A DNA stretch of 64,000 nt from an uncultured Acidimicrobiia bacterium (GTDB lineage: Bacteria; Acidobacteriota; Terriglobia; Versatilivoradales; Versatilivoraceae). The DNA is taken from contig CAWBAT010000003.1 of NCBI GenBank assembly GCA_963786955.1, positions 256,001-320,000 of the forward strand, given 5' to 3'. Positions 52,429-64,000 of the stretch are shown piece by piece. Position 1 is the first letter of the stretch. Every line of letters starts with the position of its first letter. The translations under genes were made by a program, and so were the position numbers. The notes under the pieces are model-generated. The model worked only from the letters and a program-made list of their open reading frames with translations. It was not told the origin of the DNA and searched no databases.

Positions 52429-53266
52429 TCAAAGAATTCTCATGGAGGTCACCTTCGATTCAATGTTTCTTCTTGCCTTCTGACTTGCCTTGGGAACAAA
52501 TCGATAACCGACCCCGCGCACGGTCAGAAGGAATTTGGGTTTAGCAGGAATATCCTCAATATATCTGCGTAGCCTGACAATAAAGTTATCAATCGCGCGC
52601 GTATCCGTATCTTCATGCAATCCCCAGACCTCTTCAAGGATAGACTTGCGCGAGACCGTTTTCCCCAGGTGATGAACCAGGTGATGAAGCAAGCCTGCCT
52701 CCATTAAGGTTAACGGGATGATCCGGTTCCCCACTCGAATCTCCGGGATAGTAAAGTCAATCGTTTTTCCATCAAATTGAAACTGCTCCTGACCGGCTTC
52801 ACGTCCATACATGGACAGATTTCGGGAGAACTTTTTCCGAAGGGAGCCCCGTGGCATTTTCCTGGGCGGTCCTATCTAGATGGCTGCGCAAAAACCAGTG
52901 CTGACGGCGCAAGAGACCTCCCAATCTGGCCAGCAGGATGGTTAATTCAAAAGGCTTCGGCAAGTAATCATCAGCCCCCGCGGCGAAGCCCTGGAGTACG
53001 TCTTCCGGCCGCCCTCGGGCAGTCATGATGAGCACAGGAATAAAAAGCCCCGTTTTCCGAAGTTCGGAAACAACGGTGAATCCATCAATCCCGGGGAGCA
53101 TCACGTCGAGAAGAATCACATCAAAACGCTCGGGATTTGTCTTGATCGACTCTAGAGCTGTCTCGCCGTCTGCAGCGATTTCAACCTGATATCCTTCGGC
53201 TTCCAGGTTGAAACGCAATCCATTGGCAAGATGTTGTTCGTCTTCAACAATTAAAACCGCACTCAT
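52429..53266 (-). CDS. OmpR-family response regulator, frameshifted
   Basis: VEDE, LLDVMLP, DDYLPKPF. The C-terminal RAIDNFIVRLR..TVRGVGY is in a second frame. Confidence 0.92.
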
Positions 53267-53407
53267 TGGATCTTATGTTTTTTCTCTCACGAACAAAAGG
53301 TCTGGAATAATTGGGTGGTACTTCGGGAACGGAAGTTGTTATGTTTCCAATTCGGCATTCCTTCCAACTCAGTGGGCGGGAAGGTAAAGTCCTGTCTCCC
53401 AGCTTGT

Positions 53408-54313
53408 TCATACTCTCGGTAGTTCGACTATAAAAGTACTTCCCATTCCAACGCCGGGGCTTTCAGCGAAAACCCGGCCTTTGTGTCGCTTGACAATGGA
53501 GCGGACGATGAAAAGACCTAAGCCAGTTCCTTTGATACGCTTCGATTCACGGCTGGTGACACGATGGAAGCGCTCTGAAGATACGCTTGAGTTGATCAGC
53601 TGGAATTCCAATGCCATTGTCGGTTAACTCGGATCACGGCATGGGTATTGTCGAGTGGGCCCGCCTCCACTGAGACTTGATTATTGTGCAGGGAATATTT
53701 GACGGCGTTATCTAACAGATTGGTGAGGACAGCTCGAAGTTCCTCGATGTCGCCCAGCACGACGGGGGGGTCTCCATCATCGGCCAATTCCTGATACACG
53801 AGAGATTTGTCATCGAGATGATATCGGGCTCGAGCCCAGTCGATACGCTCTTGAACCAGGGGGGCCGAGCGGGATTCGTTCTCGGTGGGCTGCCGTATTG
53901 CGATGAGTGAGCCTTCCGGCGCGCAACACCTGTTCGACAGTATGTAAGAGAAGGTCATTGTCGGCGAGCATGATATTGTAAAATTGTTGTCGCGTTTTCT
54001 CATCGACTTCGCGAGTCTTCAGGGTTTCCAGATAAAGGCGAATGGAGGTAATGGGTGTTTTCAGTTCATGGGTGACCGCGTTGATGAAACTGTCATGCTG
54101 CTCGTTGCGACGTATTTCCCTCACGAGGAATATCGTGTTGAGAATCAGACCGGCAATGATGGCGAAAAAAAAGATGATCCCCAGGACAAGAATCGCTACC
54201 TGCCGCCAATGCAGCACGGCCCACCCAACGTTAAGGGCGACCGCGAATGCGACCAGGCATGCCCCGAGGGCAATAAAGAAAATAATCGAACTTTTGCGAC
54301 TCGGCACTTGCAT
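53408..54313 (-). CDS. Sensor histidine kinase, frameshifted
   Basis: Two TM helices, THELKTP, NLLDNAVKYS, GTGLGL. Confidence 0.92.
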
Positions 54314-54446
54314 CCCCTTAATTCTAGGGGAAAGGGGGCTGGTGATCCTAACCGTAATATCAGAATCGATTTGAAATACTTTCAGGATTTTGACTAAGCT
54401 TTCCAAGAAAGGACCGACTAATCAACTTTCTTGAGCTCACAAACGG

Positions 54447-55695
54447 ATGCCTTCTAAGCCTGAATTAACCCATCTAGGAGAACGGCTGGCTGACCTTGGC
54501 TCACGCTTTGAAGAGAAGGCCAGGCCACGACCGGGTGAGGATGCCTCTACCCGAGGGCATGGACTTTTCAGGACTATCTATTGGAACCTTAAAGATTTGT
54601 TTACTCAGGGCGTCAGCAAAGAAGCCGTCCGGGATATGGTTCGCCGGGACGTGCGAGACACCTTTCGATTTTTCGCTCGAGATGTGGACTTCGTAGCGTT
54701 ACAGCGGTTGCCCTGGTATAAGAGATACTTTGTGACAGCCTGGAAATTTTTTCTGGTGCTCGCTTACCGTCTGAGTCCACCCCGCCGGATTGCTTTTGCT
54801 GATTGCGATGTTCGCTCTCCTGCTAGGCTGGGGTCCCGGCATAGGCGTCAACTCGGACGAGAATGGCACTCGCATTTCTCTGTTTGGTAATCCGGGCGGC
54901 GCCTATTGGCTGCTTTCCATTCTCATCTTCATTTCCTTGCTGTTTATGGAGCTGAAGGACAAACTGGACCTGAAGAGTGATCTCGAGATTGCCCGTGAAA
55001 TTCAGTTCGGCCTCATTCCCTCGAAACCGTTTGAGCAGGATCAGATTTCGATTCACTGCAGCATGCGTCCCGCGAACACCGTGGGTGGAGATTACTGTGA
55101 TATCGTTCATTTGGAAGAGCATCAAGTTGCTGTCGTACTAGGAGACGTTGCCGGGAAGGGCATGCCTGCTGCCCTTTTGATGGCTCTTCTTCAAGGGAGC
55201 TTGCGAACTCTGGTCACAGCTGGACTTCGCGGGAGCGAACTGATGACCAAGCTGAATCAGTATCTCTGCACGAGCATCCCGTCAAATAGCTTGATTACTC
55301 TCTTTTACGGGGAACTCAACACCGTGACCGGGGTCTTGCGTTTTGTCAACGCAGGCCACAACGCACCATTCGTGATTCGGAAACAGGGGGTGCTCGAACG
55401 GCTTCATTCCAATTCGGTCGTACTGGGAGTTCTGGAGAGTCCTGTATTTTTAGAATCTGAGACGACGATTGACTCCGGGGATCATTTATTACTATTTACC
55501 GATGGCATCACGGAAGCCTTCAATTTAGCTCAGGAAGAATATGGCGAAGCCAGATTAGGAGCTTTTCTTCAGCTAAATTCCAGGTTTTCCCAAGAGCAGT
55601 TGATTCAAGGTGTGTTGCAGGATGTCTTGGCTTTCTGCAAAGAGGTCAAACCAATTGACGATATGACAATGCTGTCAGCGAGACTAAAAGGTTAA
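54447..55695 (+). CDS. Membrane-linked PP2C/SpoIIE (RsbU-like) phosphatase, frameshift ~54790
   Basis: VGGDY, GDVAGKG, NAGH, FTDGITEA, DDMT. Confidence 0.9.
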
Positions 55696-55848
55696 GGTGG
55701 AGCCAGGTCTCCTCCGGCGGTAAAATAGCATCTCCCCTCATTGGAGGGTGAATTGTGCGAAACCAAATTCCTTTGCAGTTAAGCTTAAAGTCCAACCAGC
55801 TGATGTCCGGGATCCAGTTGCGCGGGAGATACGATAAAATCCGAAAAG

Positions 55849-57301
55849 TTAGGCCAACATCTTGGGGACGACAGTGCCTTCCACATCGGTCAACCGGAAA
55901 TCCCTTCCCATGTGCCGGTAGGTCAGGCGGGTATGATCGAACCCAAGACATTGCATCATCGTCGCCTGCAGGTCATGAACGTGAACGGGGTCTTCGACAA
56001 TATTGAGACAGAATTCGTCGGTCTTCCCGACAACCTGCCCGCCTTTGACCCCACCACCCGCCAACCACATGCTGTAGGCATTGGGGTGATGATCGCGTCC
56101 TGCATTTTCAGTATCATCGGGTTTCCGGATTTCCACCATCGGAGTTCTGCCGAACTCTCCGCCCCATACAATCAACGTTTCATCCAGTAAACCTCTTTGC
56201 TTAAGGTCCTTGATGAGTGCAGCGGTTGGCTGATCGATCTTCTTGCAGCGCTTCGGAAGTTTCTTATTCAACTCCACATGGTCATCCCAACTGGCATCCA
56301 TCATCAGGATAAATCGGACCCCGCGTTCGATCATCCGACGCGCCAGTAGACAATTGGTGGCGTACTGTTTCAGATCATCATCAGGACTCGTCACGCCGTA
56401 CATATCGAGAATGCTCTTGGGCTCGTTCGCGAAACTGAGCAGATCGGGGGCTTCCATCTGCATCCGGAAGGCGAGCTCATAGGCTGAAATGCGGGAGGCA
56501 ATCTCCATGTCGCCGGTACTCAGATAGCGCTCATCATTAAGATCACGAATGGCGTTGAGAGCCAGCTTTTGGGAATCTGGATTGATCCCGGAAGGGTTGG
56601 ACAAGTAAAGGATCGGGTCTCCGCTATTGCGGAAAACCGTGCCCTGATAGTGGGATGGGAGAAATCCACTGGAGAAATTGCTGGCGCCTCCGCTGGTTCC
56701 AACGCCTGAGGTCAACACGACGAACCCGGGCAGGTTTTGAGATTCGCTCCCCAGCCCATAGACCGTCCAGGCACCCATCGTCGGGCGCCCGAACTGGATG
56801 GACCCGGTGAACAAGAGCAGCTGTCCGGGATGATGATTAAAGGCTTCCGTGTGCATGGAACGGACCAGGCAAATATCGTCCGCGCAGGATCCGAGTTGGG
56901 GCAAGCAGCTCGGAGAGTTCCACGCCGGATTTGCCATGAGGCTGAAACTTATAACGGCTGGCCATTACCGCAGCCGTCGGCTTGATGAAGGCCAGATTCA
57001 AGTCCTTGGTTAAGGAAGGGGGCAGGGATTGCCCATTGTATTTTTGCAAGGCGGGTTTCTCATCGAACAACTCGAACTGGCTCGGACCGCCCTTCCATGA
57101 ACATGAAGATGACATGTTTGGCCTTGGGCTGGAAAGTGAGGGATCTTTGGAGCCAGCGGATTGACGTTTGGAAGGGTGCTTGCGGCTGTCAGACCCTCCG
57201 CAGTCAATAAATCCGCTAACGCGAAAGATGCCTACACCCCCTGCGCAGTTCTGCAAGAAATTTCTTCGAGATTGAATTCGTCGGAACTGTTCCAAGTTCA
57301 T
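55849..57301 (-). CDS. DUF1501 domain protein (Tat signal), frameshifted
   Basis: SRRNFL, GGPSQ, WDDH, EFGRTP, GRDHHP. Confidence 0.9.
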
Positions 57302-57306
57302 GGATA

Positions 57307-59928
57307 TTATTCCCTCGTTATAAATTCATCCAGATTCATGACAACGCGTCCTAAGCCCGCCCAGGCGGCGACTTCAACTTGCTCGGTTCCCGGGATGGGA
57401 TTCGGGGCCAGAATTTTTACGGCAGCGGGATCTTTCTCAAAAAGCACTCGTTGATCTTGATAAAAGCGAACTAGCCGATCATGCTCAGTCCTGCTTGGTT
57501 TTCGGTTCAGGCAGAATTCATAGACCGTGTCCAGGCGTCCCTCCCAGTTGTCCGGGCGCTTCCCTTAAGGTTCTTACTGCCAGCGATTGGGCGGCCTCGG
57601 TAAAGACGGGGTCATTCAGCAGATTCAGCGCCTGTAAGGGGGTATTGGAGCGGCGTCGTTCGAGTGGCGGCATTGTTAGCGTTCGGCTCATCAAAGTTGA
57701 CCAATTGCGGGTAGGGGGAGGTCCGTTGAAAATGGATATAGAGTCCGCGGCGATAACGATCTTTGCCTTGCGTCTCCTCCCACTTAGCATTTCCATAAGT
57801 GAGCTTGGTGACGCTTTCCGGCTGCGGAGGGCGGATGCTCGCGCCTCCGACCGTCGGATAGAGCAATCCACTGGCGGAGAGAGCGGCATCGCGGATGGCT
57901 TCCGCGCTGAGACGCAGGCGGTTTTGCCGGGCGAGCAGCGTGTTAGCGGGGTCCTTCTCTTTTAATTCCGGTCGGTCGTGGGATGATTGTCGATACGTTG
58001 CGGACATCACGATCAACTTGTGTGTCTGCTTTACACTCCAGCCACGGTCCATGAATTCGCTGGCCAGCCAGTCGAGCAACTCCGGGTGAGTCGGTTTGTC
58101 CCCTTGCAGGCCAAAATCATCCGATGTTCGAACAATTCCGCGACCGAAGAATTCCTGCCACATACGGTTTACGGCGACGCGTGCCGATAAAGGATTGTCG
58201 CGGGCTGACGATCCATTGCGACAATTTTAAACGCGGCGCTTGAGTCGATTTGGGAGGCGTGGGGAAAACTGCTGGAATTTCGGGCTGAACCTCAATCCCC
58301 GCTCTTCGGTAGTCTCCTCTGACGGCAATAAATGTCTTTGTGGACTCAGGATTCTGCGTGACAACATGAGCTTGGCTTAGTGAGGGGGATGTTTTTTCCA
58401 GATCCTGCAGCTTTTTCTGTAGATCCTTAAACTTTTCCCTCAACGGTTTGTCCTTGTCAGTCTCGGGTCCCGGGGACTGGACAAAGTAATCGGTTAGGTT
58501 ATCGTTTTCCTTCAGAGAGCGTTCACCGAGAGTTACGCCGCAGGATCGAGTCGACTGAGTCGATCATGGCTCGAATCGCAGTCACCTGGAAGTCCCAATC
58601 GAGATTCTTGCCAGGGGTGTCCATCGCCATGCGAAGTTTTTCTTCCCATCGCGCCTGAAGTTCAGGGGCACTAGAGTTCGGCGAGCAGCTCGTTCCTTTT
58701 CTTCCGGTATTCCGGTTGAGACTGGAGGTAGGGGCCCAATTCTCCGGCGACTGGGGCGTCAATCATCACGTCTTGGGTCTGATTCATGAACGCATACAGC
58801 TGGTAGAAGTCTTTCTGCGTGAGAGGATCATATTTGTGGTCATGGCACTGCGTGCAACCCACCGTCAGCCCAAGCCAAACAGTGCCAATGGTATTCGTGC
58901 GATCCACCAGCTCTTCGAATCGAGCCTCTTCACGCTTAACACCCGCTTCCCGGTTCTTTAACCCGTTGCGATTAAATCCGGTAGCCACTTTTTGCTCAAG
59001 CGTTGCATTAGGAAGTAAATCCCCCGCAATTTGTTCAACCGTAAACTGATTAAATGGCATATCTCGATTAAAGGCGTCAATCACGTATTGCCGCCAGCGC
59101 CACGCGTAAGGTCGAGGAAGATCTTTCTCGAATCCATCACTATCAGCGTATCGTGCCAGATCAAGCCATTGCCTGGCCCAGCGTTCGCCATAATGGGGAG
59201 AATCGAGCAGGCGATTGACCAGCCGCTCATAAGCGCCCGGCCGATTATCTATCAAAAAGGCACTGACCTCTTCCATGGTTGGAGGAAGTCCGATCAAGTC
59301 AAAACTAACGCGACGAATCAAAGTGATTTTGTCGGCTTCCGGACGAGGGAGCGATTCCTTCTGACTCTAACCTGGCCAATACAAATGAGTCGATGGGATT
59401 TCGTTATCCACGACTTGTCCCTTACCGTGGGTTCCTGCGGGCGGTGGACCGGCTGAAAGGACCAGTGCGATTTTCTTTCTGCCTGTGAAGGCTTTCGCGC
59501 AATCGCTCGGGTGGGGAGGTTCTCCGGCCAATGGTCCCCTGGTCGATCCAGGCTCTTAGAACGGCAATTTCGGAAGCTGTGAGCGAGTTCCCGGCTGGAG
59601 GCATCTTGAAACCCTCCTTGTCACTCGATACACGTTCGATTAACTTGCTCTGGGCGGCGTTGCCAGGCACTATAACAGGTCCTGAATAGCCGCCTTTGAG
59701 TGCATCTTCTTTCTTATCAAAGCGCAGCCCAACCATCTGGTTATCGGGACCATGACATTGGTAGCATTTTGTGTGAAAGATCGGCTCAATGTCTCTGGCA
59801 AAATCTGTCGTGTTTTCAAGGTTGGCAGGAGTGACTACAACTCCGGCAACCGTCGGGACAGCCCTCCAGAACAGGACCGTCATGAGAAGCATAATAAGGA
59901 GGGGAATGCGTGAGTATTGATAATTCAT
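57307..59928 (-). CDS. Planctomycete cytochrome c + DUF1549/DUF1553 (PSD1) protein, multiply frameshifted
   Basis: [32 protein letters not shown], and terminal NLDEFITRE. Confidence 0.9.
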
Positions 59929-60194
59929 GTCCGGGTACCCTGAATGAAATCAATCAAATAACACAAGATTTTATGATAAACCACGAGCGCTCCGCGGACA
60001 AGATATACCTTCTCCAGATTCAGTTCTTCTTATCGACCCCAACCCGATATATTCTGTGATTTCATGAGACGAATGAATCATACTAAATAATTTGGTTTTT
60101 ATTGAGGCGGGAGAATATTCGGCTGAAAGCTGGGGGATCAATTCTTCCTCATTCAACTTTCGGTGATCTTCAAAATTGGGGAGAAAACAGAGAG

Positions 60195-60875
60195 ATGAAC
60201 CGGAGCACCGTCTTATTCGACCTGGATGGGACGCTCATAGATACCACCGAGCTGATCCTTCATTGCTTTGAACTTTCATGGAAAAAGGTATACGGGAGAA
60301 AATTGGATCGTCAGCGTTATCTTGCTACGATAGGAATTCCTTTACGCGAAGCGATGCGAATTCTCCTTAATGAGGAGCTTCAGGACCGAGGCAAATCGGA
60401 GTTCTGTTCCGACACACCTCTACTAGAAGCGTTGGTGCAGGAGTACCGAGCCTGCAATACAATCCATCACGACCACTTGGCAATGGCTTTTCCCGGAATC
60501 TCATCAACGGTATCCGAGCTCAAGAAGCGTGGTTACCAGATTGGGGTTGTTTCTTCAAAAACCAAAGAATTAGGGCTGAGGGGGATGAATCTTTTCGGAC
60601 TGGAAGATCTGATTGACGACGCTGTCTTCCTTGAAGACAGTGTTCGACATAAACCTCATCCGGAACCCTTGCTATTGGCACTCCAACGGTTCGGGATCTC
60701 TGAGAAACAGGCCGCCTACGTGGGAGACAGCCGGCATGATATGCAAGCTGGCAAGGCTGCCGGGATTTGGACCGTCGCGGCATTGTGGGGGCCCATCCCG
60801 CGAAAGGAACTTGAGCAGGAAAAACCCGATCAGTTGGCCGCAACTCCTTCCCAATTACTTGAAATCTTTACGTAA
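60195..60875 (+). CDS. HAD-superfamily hydrolase (PpaX/Gph-like)
   Basis: FDLDGTLID, KPHPEP, YVGDS. Confidence 0.92.
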   Translation: MNRSTVLFDLDGTLIDTTELILHCFELSWKKVYGRKLDRQRYLATIGIPLREAMRILLNEELQDRGKSEFCSDTPLLEALVQEYRACNTIHHDHLAMAFPGISSTVSELKKRGYQIGVVSSKTKELGLRGMNLFGLEDLIDDAVFLEDSVRHKPHPEPLLLALQRFGISEKQAAYVGDSRHDMQAGKAAGIWTVAALWGPIPRKELEQEKPDQLAATPSQLLEIFT

Positions 60876-61349
60876 ACAGGAATCGCTCGCCGAGCTCGCC
60901 TCACGGTAGGAAGCTTTGGCGAAACGCTTAGCACTTCATTTCAAAAATGAACTAAGGCAACTTCGAGCTGCCCGCGGGGAGACATTCAATGCCAAGCTCA
61001 GGATGTACGATCGGATTTTCCAAAGTGGAGATAGCTTATCCCTTGCCCGTGTCTATCTGTTATCAGTTATAGGGATTAGTAACACGACTTCAAGATTGAC
61101 TTTTCACATTTGCGTGAATAGTGTTTATCCGTTTCCGAACGGATATTATCCAACCGGAAGGCCGACAATCCGCAGGCTCCTCACGGCGCAATTCCTGATC
61201 GAGGGCCATGCACTCAGATGGAGTTGGCATCATCCGGCGAAGATCAAAGGCAGTCCTTCAGAATGCCTGATACAGGTGGTCGCGCTCCTGATCAGGAATG
61301 CCACTCTTCAGGCAGAGAATCAACCAATTTAGTAAGGAGAGAGATCAAT

Positions 61350-62513
61350 ATGCCTATGCGATTGCGGGTGATCGTGCTCGGCGCCGGTTTCGGGGGACTC
61401 GAGCTGACGACGATTCTTTCAGAGGCCTTCGGCGATGCAATCGACATCGTGCTTATCGACCGGAGCGAAGCGTTTGTCTTCGGCTTCTCTAAACTCGACG
61501 TCATGTTCGGACGGCGGATGCCAGCCGACGTGCGTCATCCCTACCGTGACATTGTCAAACCGGGCGTGCGGTTTCTGCAGTCCACGGTGCGGTACATCGA
61601 CCCAGCCGCGCGTCGTGTGGTGACTGACACTGGAACGTTTGAGGGGGACGTCCTGGTGGTGGCGCTCGGCGCCGACCTCGATCCGGCAGCCACTCCAGGG
61701 CTTGTGGAAGACGGCAACGAGTTCTACACGGTTGCGGGAGCGTTCGCATTGCGCGACGTGCTCCCGCGCTTCGAACGGGGCCCGGCCATCATCGGCGTGA
61801 CAGGGAAGTCGTTCAAGTGCCCTCCCGCCCCAAGTGAGGCTGCCCTGCTGCTGCACGATTACCTCACCGCTCGCGGGCGACGTGAGGCGACCGAAATCTC
61901 GGTCGTGATGCCCTTCGGGACGCCCATTCCCCCTTCGCCTGACACCTCGAAAGCGATTCTCGCTGCGTTCGCGGAGCGCGGCATCAGGTTTGTGAAGGAC
62001 AGCTTGGTGCAGGTGCTCGACCCGGGCAGGAAGGTGGCCGTGTTGAGCGACGGGACGGAGATGCCATACCAGTTGTTTCTCGGCGTGCCGGTGCATCGTG
62101 TGCCGCAGGTTGTCGTCGAGTCCAAGCTTGCCGCCGATGCCTATGGCTGGGTGCCGGTGAATAAGAAGACGCTGGAAACGAGCTTTCCCGGTGTCTACGC
62201 CATAGGCGACGTAAATGGCGTGGGCACACCCAAAGCGGGTGTGTTCGCTGAAGGCGCGGCGCGCGTCGTGGCAGCGGCGATCATCGCCCAGTCCCGCGGG
62301 GGCCCGTCACCCGGGCCCTACACCGGACAGGGCTCCTGCTATGTCGAGTTCGGACACGATTTGGTCGGGAGAGTTGACGTAGACTTCCTGACCGGTCCCA
62401 AACCCACGGGGACCTTCCAGGAGCCATCGGACGCACTGGTGGCCGAGAAGGCTTTGTTCGGATCGAGCCGGCTTCAGCGCTGGTTTGGGCATCCGTCGGC
62501 CACGGGCTGCTGA
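61350..62513 (+). CDS. FAD-dependent oxidoreductase, sulfide:quinone oxidoreductase (SQR)-like
   Basis: LGAGFGGL, KCPPAP, YAIGD, PKAGVFA, C-terminal CY. Confidence 0.82.
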   Translation: MPMRLRVIVLGAGFGGLELTTILSEAFGDAIDIVLIDRSEAFVFGFSKLDVMFGRRMPADVRHPYRDIVKPGVRFLQSTVRYIDPAARRVVTDTGTFEGDVLVVALGADLDPAATPGLVEDGNEFYTVAGAFALRDVLPRFERGPAIIGVTGKSFKCPPAPSEAALLLHDYLTARGRREATEISVVMPFGTPIPPSPDTSKAILAAFAERGIRFVKDSLVQVLDPGRKVAVLSDGTEMPYQLFLGVPVHRVPQVVVESKLAADAYGWVPVNKKTLETSFPGVYAIGDVNGVGTPKAGVFAEGAARVVAAAIIAQSRGGPSPGPYTGQGSCYVEFGHDLVGRVDVDFLTGPKPTGTFQEPSDALVAEKALFGSSRLQRWFGHPSATGC

Positions 62514-62591
62514 GCAGACGTTATCGAGGGGGTGGCTGGAGGCCTTCGTTCCGACCGCCGGTATCAATGCCCCCTCCCAGGTTCGTCAGAC

Positions 62592-63477
62592 TCAAATCCG
62601 AGAAAGGGGTTCTTCTTTCCCCCCCGTAAATAGTGAACGAAGCGCCGAGCTTGCCATTCGCCCCGCCGCGCGCATTTTGTCTCCCAACGTGAAGCTTTGC
62701 GCGCGGCCGTTCGCGCGGACGATCAGCACCGTGACGTCATCGCCAGACAGATTCTCTGGATATCTCTCGGCGATTTCGCCAAGCAGCATGTCAATCAATT
62801 CTTCAGGCTTAACGTCACCTAGCAATTTCAGAATACGCAGCACACCCTCCTCGCCGAGCTTTTCTCCATCGGCGTCGCTCGATTCAATCAGCGCGTCAGT
62901 ATACGTTAGTAAGCAATCGCCCGGCTCAAGTTCGACGTCGAAATGCTCGTATTCCGTGATGACTCAAGATTCCGAACGGCAAATTCGACGGCCCGGGCAA
63001 GCGAGGGGAATCTTCCTGACCCAGTAAGCTCCATTCTTGTTGGGAAGTCCGATAGAGAATCGGGCGAGGATGTCCCGCGTTGCACAGAATCAGCCTTCGG
63101 CTGGGAGCAAAAAACGTGCTGATGATCGCCGTGGCGAACGTTCCCTTTTTTGACAGGGCGGAGAATTGCTGATTCAACAAACGCACGAACTCCGCCTGAT
63201 CCCAACGATTGACAAATCGCCGCATCAGCATTCGGAGATCGGCGGCAATCGAGGCAACCGACGTTCCGTGCCCGGAGACGTCGGCCAGCAGCAAGCGGCT
63301 GATCCGGCCTGCCGCGCAGCTCGAGGCGTAGTAAACGTCGCCGCCGCGCTGTGCCTGTCCATGCGGCTTGCTGTAGACCCAGGCGTCCAGCCCGCCGAAG
63401 ACGACACCCCGGGTCGTCAGTTGGCTGCCGCCCCATACTTCCATGCATTTCATTTGTTGCTCGGGTGAATCGCTCAT
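62592..63477 (-). CDS. PP2C/SpoIIE-family phosphatase, frameshifted
   Basis: CMEVWGG, GGDVY, ADVSGHG, NAGH, GDDVT. Confidence 0.85.
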
Positions 63478-64000
63478 GGGGACATTATACGAGCCTTCGA
63501 GCCTCCAGCGCAATCCGCTGAGCGGCAAATAATCCGTCGAGAACGAACCCGGTGATTTCGCTGGAAATCCCACCGGTACTGTCTCCGCCGGAAGCAAATG
63601 AGACCGGTTCCTTTGGATTGGCCTGCATGGTCGGCCGTCCGGAAGCTACTTTTTTCTCGCAGATCATGCGGCTCGTAACTTCCGGTTACGCCGTGATCCG
63701 TCCAGTAGGTCAACATTCACCAACCCGATCTCGTATGCCAAGAAAATCGAAAGGACTGATACCGCCACAGCTTTTAGTCTCGCCTTCAGTGATGACCGCA
63801 ATTGGGCTCGGTCAAATTCCGGCTACGTTACATCGGAACAAGACTCAGACCTGTTCAACAGGCGAGCCCAATCCATTCCGATCCTCCCCTCTTAAACGAT
63901 GCAGTTGAGTCGAAATCTTAGGCCATATCAGAAGATGGGAAAAGGAAATTTGAGCGTGAAGGCGGGAAGCTGTAAGCGATGGCTTGTCAATTCGTTCGAG

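Noticed and set aside
61120-61330. Glycine or other riboswitch upstream of the SQR-like gene
   Set aside because: Only a ctcttcaggc fragment resembles the consensus; the other conserved elements were not found.
63552-64000. Gene at the right edge
   Set aside because: Only short ORFs without motifs; insufficient support.

Overview
Bacterial genomic window of moderate GC. The expansions of CRTAC1/ASPIC-UnbV, TPR, PSD1-cytochrome c and DUF1501 genes suggest Acidobacteriota/Terriglobia (inference). Many genes, mostly at 1-12 kb and 47-64 kb, are split by single-base indels, which looks like long-read consensus error rather than true pseudogenisation. Main content: (1) two separate sugar-catabolic operons, each built around a different, non-carboxylating RuBisCO-like protein (form IV RLP); (2) a REP-associated HUH (RAYT/IS200-type) transposase flanked by 12 palindromic repeats spaced every 51-52 bp with unique spacers; (3) two near-identical IS110/IS1111-type elements in head-to-head inverted orientation, both inserted in the same REP-like hairpin, with target-matching guide segments visible in the 560-bp 3' non-coding end; (4) a GxxExxY gene bracketed by ~205-bp TIR-bounded direct repeats, plus related ~210-bp elements elsewhere; (5) housekeeping and signalling genes (nhaA, a two-component pair, two PP2C phosphatases, a HAD hydrolase, an SQR-like oxidoreductase). 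No rRNA, tRNA or canonical CRISPR-Cas was recognised. All calls are from reading the sequence by eye; no database searches were run.
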